Shown: positions 43,751-52,550, numbered from the stretch's first letter. The stretch: DNA of 64,000 nucleotides from Escherichia coli (GCF_965641715.1 NZ_OZ282453.1), one strand, 5' to 3'. The notes: a model not told the origin generated them from the letters alone. Made by a program: numbers and translations.

Positions 43751-44092
43751 ATGAAACAGCAACGTAATTCACGCTTTCGTAATGGCGCTGAACGCCACGC
43801 TAACCGTTTCGCTACCAGCGCATCACGCAGCAACATCCGCTACAGCCTGAGTGATACACACGCAACGCCGGATGGCTACCCAGTAAAACAAATCGGCGAG
43901 CATGCCTGGCTGATTGAAAAAGCTGGAATCGTGGTCCACAAATGCCCACGCAATCCGTTTACCGGAAACCGCATTTTTGCATTGAGCTGCGGCGACAATC
44001 AGTTCGGGCAGGATTTCACATTGTACGAAGCGCTACGCACGGTTGATCGTCTGCTCCGCGGACAAAGTTTTATTAAACAGGCTGATTTATAA
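43751..44092 (+). CDS. Hypothetical prophage early protein (113 aa)
   Basis: ORF with GGGAG RBS in the early operon; no recognisable motif. Confidence 0.55.
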   Translation: MKQQRNSRFRNGAERHANRFATSASRSNIRYSLSDTHATPDGYPVKQIGEHAWLIEKAGIVVHKCPRNPFTGNRIFALSCGDNQFGQDFTLYEALRTVDRLLRGQSFIKQADL

Positions 44093-44102
44093 CAGGTGCT
44101 TT

Positions 44103-44390
44103 ATGACCAAAGACCATGCACAAGGTGTATTTATCCGTTTTATTGATTTTCGCGGTGAACTGTTATTACGCGCATCCGCTATTGATGGAGTGGCTCCGGC
44201 GGGTAAAAACGGAGCCGACGAAGCCACTTACGTTTATCTGAACGGCACGCGACTGCTTGTGGAACTTCCGTACCAGACCGTACGAGAAATCATTAGCAAA
44301 GCTGAAAAAGCGCGCCAGGCTAATGGCAATGAACCCTATATCGAAATTATTTGCATGGATTCAGAAGCTGAAATCCAGAAAGCAGATTAA
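44103..44390 (+). CDS. Hypothetical prophage early protein (95 aa)
   Basis: ORF 44043-44390 with internal start MTKDHAQGVFIRFIDFRGELLLRASAIDG...; co-directional early operon. Confidence 0.5.
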   Translation: MTKDHAQGVFIRFIDFRGELLLRASAIDGVAPAGKNGADEATYVYLNGTRLLVELPYQTVREIISKAEKARQANGNEPYIEIICMDSEAEIQKAD

Positions 44391-44401
44391 AGGGCGTTGC
44401 G

Positions 44402-44644
44402 ATGGGCAAAGAATATAAAACTCTCATTAACAAAGCACTTGAGCGTTTCTATTTTCGCTTAAGTGCATCAGGCGCTCATGCTGAACGTGCTGCCCGTGAC
44501 TCATTGACCAGGGCAATCCGGAGTCTGTATGACGTGGCTTTTTACGCTGATGATCTGGATGCACCTAACGAACTTTCCGAGCTGATCTGTGCCGCAGAAT
44601 GCGGGGAACATATTGAACCGTATAAGCTGGGGAATATCGCATGA
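44402..44644 (+). CDS. Hypothetical prophage early protein (80 aa)
   Basis: ORF in early operon, tightly packed with neighbours. Confidence 0.5.
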   Translation: MGKEYKTLINKALERFYFRLSASGAHAERAARDSLTRAIRSLYDVAFYADDLDAPNELSELICAAECGEHIEPYKLGNIA

Positions 44645-44754
44645 GTATATTTATCTCATGGCTTGTTCTGATTATTTCGGTGGTCTGCGCCATTGGGATT
44701 ATGCGAATTATTAATTCAGTGAAAAAGATCGAGCGTTTTTTCTCTGATGAATAA
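44641..44754 (+). CDS. Possible small hydrophobic protein (37 aa)
   Basis: Manual translation MSIFISWLVLIISVVCAIGIMRIINSVKKIERFFSDE; ATG overlaps the previous stop; single predicted TM helix; below ORF-track cut-off. Confidence 0.35.
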   Translation: MSIFISWLVLIISVVCAIGIMRIINSVKKIERFFSDE

Positions 44755-44846
44755 CGATACAAATAAAACATCAAATTAAATAAGAAAACGTGAAAACCAT
44801 CCGTATTAACGGAGGTATTCGCACACGTAAATAATGGAGATATAAA

Positions 44847-45263
44847 ATGAACGCAAAAGAAGAAGGCATTATCGACACATTAAAAAAAATATCAGAAGCG
44901 GAAGATGAAATGGCTAAAGATGACGTGAAGCGTAGCCAACATATGGCAGCACTTCACGCACTGACCATCGCAAAAATCACCGCTGACGCAGCCAAAATTA
45001 TTGAGGAACAGGGCAAAGAAATCGACACTCTTAAAACACAGTCAACAGTTGCAGCCATGAATCCGTCCAGCATTGGACGCCGCATTTACATTCTTGGTTC
45101 GGCAATAATGACGCAATACACCATTATTGCCGAACTGCACGGCAAATACCTGATAACGCCTTACCACACAAAAGAGTCAGAGCTTCTGACAAATCTCCGC
45201 CTGATAGAACGCTCTCAAGCTGTATTCATTGATGACGCGCAACGTGCCGTATTTAACGCATAG
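44847..45263 (+). CDS. Hypothetical prophage early protein (138 aa)
   Basis: ORF with RBS; no recognisable motif. Confidence 0.55.
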   Translation: MNAKEEGIIDTLKKISEAEDEMAKDDVKRSQHMAALHALTIAKITADAAKIIEEQGKEIDTLKTQSTVAAMNPSSIGRRIYILGSAIMTQYTIIAELHGKYLITPYHTKESELLTNLRLIERSQAVFIDDAQRAVFNA

Positions 45264-45286
45264 GGTTACTGGACAAAGGGGGCGCA

Positions 45287-45490
45287 ATGGCAATTAAGCA
45301 TTTTCCCGTCGTTCGCTTTACCTCCAGAGGGCGCGAATACGAGGTCGACGAACGCCTGATTACCACTATCGACAAACATCGTTCGGAAAAGGATGCACAC
45401 CACATCTACCTCACTGACGGCACTTACTTCTGCGCCACCAACGTGGCGCGGGTGAATCTTATCCGACAGGTACAGGAGCCACACAGATGA
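45287..45490 (+). CDS. Hypothetical prophage early protein (67 aa)
   Basis: ORF with AAGGGGG RBS; stop overlaps next start (ATGA). Confidence 0.5.
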   Translation: MAIKHFPVVRFTSRGREYEVDERLITTIDKHRSEKDAHHIYLTDGTYFCATNVARVNLIRQVQEPHR

Positions 45491-45753
45491 CCATTCTGGA
45501 CTACATCGCTACTCATCCGGGGTGTAGCGGCGGAGAGATCGCCGCAGCACTGAATACTCCAACCACAGCCATTAATGCTGAGTTACGCCAACTTTGGCGC
45601 GGCGGCTTAGTCATCAGAACAAACCGCAGCACAGGTGGTCGCGCTCGCAAAACTGGAGGCCAGGCTTCTTACCACGTAAACCCGATGCCGTTCGGGTGTA
45701 GCAATCCACTTACTCACATGTTTAACCAGCTACTGAAGGAAGCCAGAGCATGA
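45487..45753 (+). CDS. Small winged-helix-like DNA-binding protein (88 aa)
   Basis: MTILDYIATHPGCSGGEIAAALNTPTTAINAELRQLWRGGLVIRT... resembles a winged-helix recognition unit; translationally coupled to neighbours. Confidence 0.55.
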   Translation: MTILDYIATHPGCSGGEIAAALNTPTTAINAELRQLWRGGLVIRTNRSTGGRARKTGGQASYHVNPMPFGCSNPLTHMFNQLLKEARA

Positions 45754-46049
45754 GCACCATCAACCACCAGAAGCTACGCGAACTGGCATTTGCCCTGCAA
45801 CGAATGGCAACGCCTCAAAAATTACTGGCATTTCGCGCAATGCTCTCGCCGTCTGCTGTGCTGGCATTGCTGGATGAGCTGGAGCACGCCAGAACCACGG
45901 CTCCTGCCATTCGCCTGACGCTCCATCATGAAATCGCTGATTTCTGCGCGACATTGGAGGCGCCAGGCGAACCGGAAACGCCGGAAGCAATACAGCAAGA
46001 GCCGCTGCAACGCATTGACAAGGTTTTTGATTTTTTTCTGAACCAGTAA
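45750..46049 (+). CDS. Hypothetical prophage early protein (99 aa)
   Basis: ORF translationally coupled to upstream gene. Confidence 0.5.
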   Translation: MSTINHQKLRELAFALQRMATPQKLLAFRAMLSPSAVLALLDELEHARTTAPAIRLTLHHEIADFCATLEAPGEPETPEAIQQEPLQRIDKVFDFFLNQ

Positions 46050-46371
46050 GAAACCAGAGCATGCACACACAAAAAAACCGCTTGCCATGCCGCAATCAGT
46101 CAGGTTACATTTTCGCTGCACCTCATAAAACGGGTGCCGGGTTTCGCAGCCTGCTGACAACCAAAGCGCACAACCGCGCCAGCGGTTTTTTTGTGCGTAC
46201 TGTATTGCCACGTTTTTTTCGCGTCAGAATTATGGCGGGGCGTACGGGGCCGACTTCGGTCGGGCCGGGTTCTTTGGTTGCCGGTACTGCGAACCCCGTA
46301 CGTCTCGCCACCCACAGTTTCGCAGCTCTGGATGGTGAGTTTTCAAAACTTACAACCAAAGAGGCCACACC

Positions 46372-46602
46372 ATGGCAAACCGCAAACAGCACCGCGCTAT
46401 CGCGGAGCGTCGTCACATCCAGACTGAAATCAACCGCAGACTTTCCCGCGCATTCCGCGTCGCTAAAATCATGCACATCAATATGCTGCATGAGCGTAGC
46501 TGCGAACTTTCAAACCTCTACTCATCCGCTGTTTTCAGCTATCTGGCGGATGATCTGCGCGAGCTTCAACAGCTCATCCAGCAGCAAAACAAACTCCATT
46601 AA
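46372..46602 (+). CDS. Hypothetical prophage early protein (76 aa)
   Basis: ORF with AGAGG RBS; protein-like composition, unlike the overlapping 205-aa ORF in another frame. Confidence 0.5.
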   Translation: MANRKQHRAIAERRHIQTEINRRLSRAFRVAKIMHINMLHERSCELSNLYSSAVFSYLADDLRELQQLIQQQNKLH

Positions 46603-46674
46603 TTCCTGTTCCGGGCCTTTCCTGCACCTTGCGGCGGGAGGCCTTCGCACATCTGTAACAAGAGGATTGCCGCA

Positions 46675-47040
46675 ATGATTCTCGCCAACGACTTTCTTGA
46701 ATACCTGCTCAACACAGAGCGTGATCTTGCCGCTCGCGTACGTGATCGTTATGACATGTATCTGAAATCCCTGCCTGTACCGCAGCTCGCTGACGGAAAG
46801 ATTGTTATTGATGGTCGCTACATGATTGACAGCCACGAGGGAAATTACAGGCTTTACCGCATTGAAGGTGGCACCCCGTCCGTTATTGGCATTTACCAGC
46901 GCCCATCCTCTGCAATCGTCGATGTGATTGCCGACAGCATCCGCATCACACATCGCCATGCCGACACAGAAGACACCGTGCTGGAAATTCAGCGGCTGGC
47001 TGCCGTCTGCCGCGACACCCTGAATGGCATGACGAAGTAA
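46675..47040 (+). CDS. Hypothetical prophage early protein (121 aa), immediately upstream of replication gene A
   Basis: ORF with GAGGA RBS; occupies the position of P2 early/replication accessory genes. Confidence 0.55.
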   Translation: MILANDFLEYLLNTERDLAARVRDRYDMYLKSLPVPQLADGKIVIDGRYMIDSHEGNYRLYRIEGGTPSVIGIYQRPSSAIVDVIADSIRITHRHADTEDTVLEIQRLAAVCRDTLNGMTK

Positions 47041-47046
47041 ATCACT

Positions 47047-49869
47047 ATGACGGCAGAGTACATCAGGGACTGGCAACAACCGCGCCACGCAGTGGGACGT
47101 GAAGGAACGGGGATCCCCGTTCCTGAATCCGCGCTTTCCTCCTGGCTGGATGCCTACCGGGCAGAGAACGAGCGCCGCCAGGAAATGGCTGATGCGGCGT
47201 TCTCCGCCACGCCGCTGGGCAACCTGATTAATAAAAGCCTGGATGCACAGGAAAAACAGGACAAAACCATCACACTGGCAGGAGACGCCAGAAAACAGGT
47301 ACGCGGTGCGGTGGATGAAGCCATGGCCTCGCTGCGCCTGCTGCCGTCCTATCTGCGCGATCCGCTTATTCGCCACCTCTCCTTCCTGCGCAAAAAACAG
47401 GAAGCCGATCGCCGGAAAGGCAAAAAGAGCTGGCAGGCTGAACGCTACGCGCGCGGAACCCTGCGCAAAATATTCGAACGTCTGGACCGCACCGACCACC
47501 GCTGGCTGACACCGGGTTATCGCTCCCTTGCCGGACGCGAACGCCTGGATGATTTGCTTTACCTGCCGCAGCTCAACAAGCACCAGATACAGACGCTGGC
47601 CACCATGACGGCGGCGATGTTCAGCAGCACCTTCGAAAAACTCTGCGATGGCTTTGGCGCGACTGATGGCGAGCTGACCATGGATGTAACGCTGAAGGCG
47701 TATCAGATGCTGGCCCGCATGGCGTTACACCTGCACGCCATGCCTCCGCATTATGATGCACTGACAACAGACAAAGACCGGAGGAACGAACCGGACACGG
47801 AGCTGCTGCCGGGCGCAATCCTTCGCCTGACCTGTGCGGAATGGTGGAAACGCAAACTGTGGCTGTTACGTTGCGAGTGGCGGGAAGAACAACTCCGCGC
47901 CGCCTGTCTGGTTTCCAGAAAAACATCGCCCTATCTGAGCCAGGACGCGTTAAGCGAGTTTCGCGCACAGCGCGAGAAAACACGCGATTTCCTGAAAAGT
48001 TTCATGCTGGAAAACGAAGACGGGTTCACGATTGATCTCGAGACGGTGTATTACGCGGGAGTAAGTAACCCGGTTCATCGTAAGGCAGAAATGATGGCCA
48101 CCATGAAGGGGCTGGAACTTCTGGCCGAAGCCCGTGGCGACAAAGCGGTGTTTCTGACTGTCACCTGCCCGTCAAAATACCACGCCACAACAGAGAACGG
48201 TCATCCGAATCCCAAATGGAACGGGGCCACCATGCGCGACTCCAGCGATTACCTGGTTAACACGTTTTTTGCGGCGGTCCGCAAGAAACTGAACCGCGAC
48301 GGCCTGCGCTGGTATGGCATCCGCACGGTGGAGCCTCACCATGACGGCACCGTGCACTGGCATATGATGGTCTTTGCTCATCCGGAAGAAATCGACACCA
48401 TTGTGTCCCACACCCGCGATATTGCCATTCAGGAAGATCGTCACGAGCTGGGTGATGATATTACCCCACGCTTTAAGGCGGAGTACGTCGACGGCTCAAA
48501 AGGCACACCGACCAGCTACATCGCCACCTACATCGGGAAAAACCTGGACAGCCGTGCCGTGGATGGCATCGACCCGAAAACGGGCAAGCCACGCGTTGAC
48601 CACGAAACCGGAAAATCAATGGCCGAGAGCGTGGAACGCGCCATCGGCTGGGCGCGCCTTCATCGGGTCCGCCAGTTCCAGTTCTTTGGCATCCCCTCCC
48701 GTCAGGTGTGGCGTGAACTGCGCCGCCTTGCCAGCCAGATGGCTCGCAACCCGGAAGGACCGCAACGGCTGAAGGATGACGCAATGGACGCGGTTCTTGC
48801 TGCCGCTGATGCCGGATGTTTTGCCACCTACATAGAGAAACAGGGCGGCGTACTTGTTCCACGCAAGGACTACCTGATTCGCACCGCCTACGACCTCGCA
48901 GATGAGCTGAACGATTACGGTGAACAGAGCGTACAGATTTACGGGATCTGGTCACCGCTCATCGGGGAGTCTTCCCGCGTATGCACGCATCCGGACAACT
49001 GGAAGCTGGTAAGACGCAAACCGGAAGCGGAAGACAGCGCCCGCGAAAATGGTTTTGACCTTCAGGGCGGCCCTGCCGCCCCTTGGACTCGTGGCAATAA
49101 CTGTCCCCGTGTACAGGAAACAGGCAACAGCGGGACAGAACAGTCGAAAGAACGGCCAGCACCGTGGCCGCAGCTTCCTGACGGCGTTGACGTGAACGAA
49201 TGGATGCGCTCACTGAAACGGCACGAACGCCGGGCGCTGATGCGTTCGCTTCGTGACAAACAGGCAAAAAACAGCAGTGATGAAATGCAGAGCTGGACAC
49301 AGAGCCGCAAACAGCCACGGCCTTTGCCTGATAACCACGAATTACTCGCTAAAGAATGGCGGGAGTCTGCTGAATCTCTCGGCCTGCATATCGGTGAACA
49401 ACAGATGCAGCACCTGTTACGGGGCGGCAGTCTGTACGTTGACGGCAGCATCATTGCACCGCAGGGATTTGAAATTGTACGCAAACCGGATACCCGCCCG
49501 GACAGCCGAATCACGCAGCTCTGGCAGCGCCTGAGCCGTAATCATGGCGTAAGCAGCACGGAGATCCGCCATAACCCGGTCGCCAGCTATCTGGCACAGC
49601 TGGGGGCATCAGACCCTGAAGCCGCCGCACGCCTGGCATCCACACTTCAGCAGGACCAGAACACCATGAAAACACCCGTTACCGTGCTTTCTGACATGCT
49701 GCGCGCCATCCGCGACGCAGAGCACGCACAGAGAATCAGTGAAACCACTGAACGCGCCAGCCGCAAAGCAGACCTGCTGCGGGGTGGCCTGACCAGTGGA
49801 AACAAAAAACAGACAGAAACGGGATTCACAAATCCCATAAATGAGCAAAAAACGTGCCGCGATATATGA
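47047..49869 (+). CDS. P2 gpA-like rolling-circle replication initiator endonuclease (940 aa)
   Basis: HUH-type motif region ...GIRTVEPHHDGTVHWHMMVFAHPEE...; position after the early ORFs matches P2 gene A; unusually long C-terminal region. Confidence 0.85.
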   Translation: MTAEYIRDWQQPRHAVGREGTGIPVPESALSSWLDAYRAENERRQEMADAAFSATPLGNLINKSLDAQEKQDKTITLAGDARKQVRGAVDEAMASLRLLPSYLRDPLIRHLSFLRKKQEADRRKGKKSWQAERYARGTLRKIFERLDRTDHRWLTPGYRSLAGRERLDDLLYLPQLNKHQIQTLATMTAAMFSSTFEKLCDGFGATDGELTMDVTLKAYQMLARMALHLHAMPPHYDALTTDKDRRNEPDTELLPGAILRLTCAEWWKRKLWLLRCEWREEQLRAACLVSRKTSPYLSQDALSEFRAQREKTRDFLKSFMLENEDGFTIDLETVYYAGVSNPVHRKAEMMATMKGLELLAEARGDKAVFLTVTCPSKYHATTENGHPNPKWNGATMRDSSDYLVNTFFAAVRKKLNRDGLRWYGIRTVEPHHDGTVHWHMMVFAHPEEIDTIVSHTRDIAIQEDRHELGDDITPRFKAEYVDGSKGTPTSYIATYIGKNLDSRAVDGIDPKTGKPRVDHETGKSMAESVERAIGWARLHRVRQFQFFGIPSRQVWRELRRLASQMARNPEGPQRLKDDAMDAVLAAADAGCFATYIEKQGGVLVPRKDYLIRTAYDLADELNDYGEQSVQIYGIWSPLIGESSRVCTHPDNWKLVRRKPEAEDSARENGFDLQGGPAAPWTRGNNCPRVQETGNSGTEQSKERPAPWPQLPDGVDVNEWMRSLKRHERRALMRSLRDKQAKNSSDEMQSWTQSRKQPRPLPDNHELLAKEWRESAESLGLHIGEQQMQHLLRGGSLYVDGSIIAPQGFEIVRKPDTRPDSRITQLWQRLSRNHGVSSTEIRHNPVASYLAQLGASDPEAAARLASTLQQDQNTMKTPVTVLSDMLRAIRDAEHAQRISETTERASRKADLLRGGLTSGNKKQTETGFTNPINEQKTCRDI

Positions 49870-49945
49870 AGCGCGCACAAAACAGGCAAAAGCGGGATTT
49901 AAAAATCCTGTAAACGATTAATTAATCAACATAAGGAAAAGCGAC

Positions 49946-50905
49946 ATGAAAATTTGTATCGACGACGGCTCCACCAACATCAAGCTGGCATGGACTGAGA
50001 ACGGCGAACGCCGCAACGCCATCAGCCCGAACAGCTTCAAGTCGGAATGGTCTGCGCCGTTCGGTGGCTCGCAGCCCGCGAACTACATGCTTGATGGCGT
50101 GCGCTATGGTTTTGATCCGGTCAGCGATCGCTTTGTCCAGACGACCGACACGCAATACCAGTACAGCGATGTGAATGTCATTGCCATTCATCACGCGCTG
50201 GTCAAATCAGGCATCACGCCACAGGAGGTGGATGTGGTTGTCACCCTGCCATTGAGCGAGTATTTCGACACAAACGCACAGCCGGACATGGCCAACATCA
50301 GCCGCAAAAAAGCGAACGTTATGCGCCCGGTGGAGTACCAGAACGGCGAAACATTCACTATCCGTAACGTACGGGTTATGCCTGAATCCATTCCGGCTGG
50401 CTTTAAAGCACTGGCTGACATGAGTCCGCTTGAATCCCTGCTGATTGTGGATTTGGGCGGAACCACACTGGATGTGGCAAAGGTTCAGGGGCAACTGGCA
50501 GGTATCAGCCAGGTGTTTTGCGATCCACACGTAGGCGTTTCCCTGATGGCCGATGCCGTACTGTCGGTGATGGCCACTAACGGTATGCGTATCAGTCACC
50601 ACATCGCCAATACCATTATCGAACATCGCCATGATGAAGCCTGGTTGCGCCAGCACATCCACAATGACGCGCATTACGCCAGCCTGATGGCGGTTATTCG
50701 TGAAAAGGAAGAAACACTGAAACAACGCGTGATCCGCGCGCTGGCGGTTTTTTCGGGTTACGGGCGGGTGATGGTTGTCGGTGGCGGGGCGGAGATTGTG
50801 GCACCCGCTATCCGCGAAGCCTGCGGAGTTAATGCGACTTTCATCGCGGACGGGGTGCCACAGTTTGCTCTGGTTAATGGGCTGTACGCAATGGACAAGG
50901 AGTAA
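49946..50905 (+). CDS. ParM/StbA-like actin-fold ATPase (319 aa)
   Basis: N-terminus MKICIDDGSTNIKLAWTE...ISPNSFKSEW...YQYSDVNVIAIHHALVKSGI...LIVDLGGTTLDVA... matches the recalled plasmid R1 ParM phosphate-1/connect/phosphate-2 motifs; strong RBS. Confidence 0.8.
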   Translation: MKICIDDGSTNIKLAWTENGERRNAISPNSFKSEWSAPFGGSQPANYMLDGVRYGFDPVSDRFVQTTDTQYQYSDVNVIAIHHALVKSGITPQEVDVVVTLPLSEYFDTNAQPDMANISRKKANVMRPVEYQNGETFTIRNVRVMPESIPAGFKALADMSPLESLLIVDLGGTTLDVAKVQGQLAGISQVFCDPHVGVSLMADAVLSVMATNGMRISHHIANTIIEHRHDEAWLRQHIHNDAHYASLMAVIREKEETLKQRVIRALAVFSGYGRVMVVGGGAEIVAPAIREACGVNATFIADGVPQFALVNGLYAMDKE

Positions 50906-50909
50906 ACCA

Positions 50910-51221
50910 ATGACGACTCCAACCAGACGGATAAGTTTCTATCTGAAGCCCGCCGCCGTCAAGAACGAAGGTGAAGCATGCGCCTGGCTGGACAGCCTTA
51001 CACCAGAAGCGCGCAAAAGCGGCCAACGCGTGGCTTTTCTGGCCGGGCTGGCACTTCTGAAAATGAATCCGGCAGAGGCTTACCGACTGGCTGCATGGGC
51101 TGATGATGAAGCGTTATCAGTGACACAAACCAGGACAGAACGCCCCGCGTCACAGCCAGTATCAACCGCACAGATAACCAGTCAGATGGCCGGAAATATC
51201 CGGGCGTTATTTCCCGAATAA
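50910..51221 (+). CDS. ParR-like small DNA-binding protein (103 aa), partner of the ParM-like ATPase
   Basis: ORF 50775-51221 with probable start MTTPTRRISFYLKPAAV...; RRISFYLKP...RVAFLAGLALLKMNP...NIRALFPE parallels recalled R1 ParR (RRTIAFKLNP...RAALTAGLALYRQDP...ILRSLFPKE); 4-nt gap after parM-like gene. Confidence 0.7.
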   Translation: MTTPTRRISFYLKPAAVKNEGEACAWLDSLTPEARKSGQRVAFLAGLALLKMNPAEAYRLAAWADDEALSVTQTRTERPASQPVSTAQITSQMAGNIRALFPE

Positions 51222-51284
51222 CACAACATCAGGGCGCATCCGCCCTGATGACTTTAACCCGGGAACATAAACAAGGGGGACACA

Positions 51285-51620
51285 ATGCAACGCATTGACA
51301 GAGAAAAAGCGCAGCGACTGATTGAGCGGATGGAAGCGCTGGCGAAAGAAGAAAATGTCAACATCCAAAAAATAGCTGAATGTGGCCAGATAGTTCTTCG
51401 TCGTGAAAAAGACCTCAAACAACTGATGTCTGGCGAAACCAGCAAAACATGGACTTCAGGTGAGGAGACGATTTATTGCAGCTTCTGCAATAAATCCCAG
51501 TACGAAGTCACAAAGGTGATTGCCGGACCGTCTGTTTACATCTGCAATGAGTGCGTTGATTTGTGCAATGAAGTTATCAGGAGAGAAGTGACAGACCATG
51601 AAGAAAAAACGCATGAATGA
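51285..51620 (+). CDS. Small protein with C-terminal ClpX-type C4 zinc-binding domain (111 aa)
   Basis: [40 protein letters not shown] is near-identical in pattern to the ClpX N-terminal ZBD ([39 protein letters not shown] as recalled); N-terminal 60 aa predicted helical; own AAGGGGGA RBS. Confidence 0.8.
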   Translation: MQRIDREKAQRLIERMEALAKEENVNIQKIAECGQIVLRREKDLKQLMSGETSKTWTSGEETIYCSFCNKSQYEVTKVIAGPSVYICNECVDLCNEVIRREVTDHEEKTHE

Positions 51621-51786
51621 CGAATTTGACGGCTTTTAATTTTATCGGGGCGCACTGTCGCCCTGCATGGAGAAAAACAATAAAAAAGATGAATAACTGC
51701 TCATGTCAGACGCGCTGCGGGCAAGTCTGGCACCCTGCCCTGTCTCCGCAAAGGCTGTTGTCTTAACACGACAGAGTATGCCAGCA

Positions 51787-52194
51787 TTAAATATAATCTT
51801 CTTCGTAGTCGCTGATTAATTCATTGCCATAATCAGACAGCAATTTCAAAGCAAAGGTAACTTCCTCAAGGGTAGCTATCCCCATTGCTGAAAACACCGT
51901 TAATTTAACCAGCAGCAGGGAGTTTGAAAGTTCGGAAGAGTTCATCATTAAAAATATTGATGCAGCCTGAAAAGCTGTGCGTTTATTCCCATCATGAAAG
52001 GCATGAGCCTTGGCTATACCAATCAAATACATAGCAGCCAGAGCATGAATATCATCAACCCCTTCATAGTAGTGTAGTGTCCTGACGCGATTTAAAGCAC
52101 CTTCAAGTAGCCCGTCATTGGCATTTCCGCTCTGGGGTAAAGTTTCAGCATGGATACGTTCTACTTGTTCTTTTGACAAAAACACTATGTCCAT
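51787..52194 (-). CDS. Doc-like (Fic/Doc family) toxin
   Basis: 135 aa ORF with Doc-type Fic motif HAFHDGNKRTA (HxFx[D/N]GNKR); start overlaps stop of upstream antitoxin-like gene. Confidence 0.8.
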   Translation of the reverse strand: MDIVFLSKEQVERIHAETLPQSGNANDGLLEGALNRVRTLHYYEGVDDIHALAAMYLIGIAKAHAFHDGNKRTAFQAASIFLMMNSSELSNSLLLVKLTVFSAMGIATLEEVTFALKLLSDYGNELISDYEEDYI

Positions 52195-52550
52195 CAGTTA
52201 TCCTCAAGCTTTTTAATGATATCCGCATGTTTTTCTCTTGTACGCTTCATTGCATCTTCAAAAGACAATCCTTTTTTTCTCTGTGCGACAAGAGCTGGAT
52301 GACGTTTTTCCAGATCTCTCACTGCATTTATTAAGAGTGGTTGCTTCATTTTGTTTATTTGATCCCGCAGTTTTTTGGTTTTGCCAAGGACAGCCCGTAT
52401 TTCAGGACTAAGATCAGAACCAGCAAGAACAACATCCTTCCCTCCCTGCGCCGTGATAACGACACTGCCACCGGAAGAAAGGTAATCCAGAATTTCACTC
52501 AGGTTCTCACGAAATTCATCATCAGTTACAGTTTTCATATTCATTTCCAT
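52194..52550 (-). CDS. Phd/YefM-like antitoxin with extended C-terminal region (118 aa; start ambiguous among three ATGs)
   Basis: N-terminal MKTVTDDEFRENLSEILDYLSSGGSVVITAQGGKDVVLAGSDL resembles the Phd/YefM fold; basic C-terminal 60 aa; overlaps doc-like gene (ATGA arrangement). Confidence 0.7.
   Translation of the reverse strand: MEMNMKTVTDDEFRENLSEILDYLSSGGSVVITAQGGKDVVLAGSDLSPEIRAVLGKTKKLRDQINKMKQPLLINAVRDLEKRHPALVAQRKKGLSFEDAMKRTREKHADIIKKLEDN

Noticed and set aside
46061-46678. 205-aa plus-strand ORF in the prophage early region
   Set aside because: Ser/Thr/Arg-rich composition, no RBS, spans a structured non-coding gap and overlaps the better-supported 76-aa ORF (46372-46602) in another frame.
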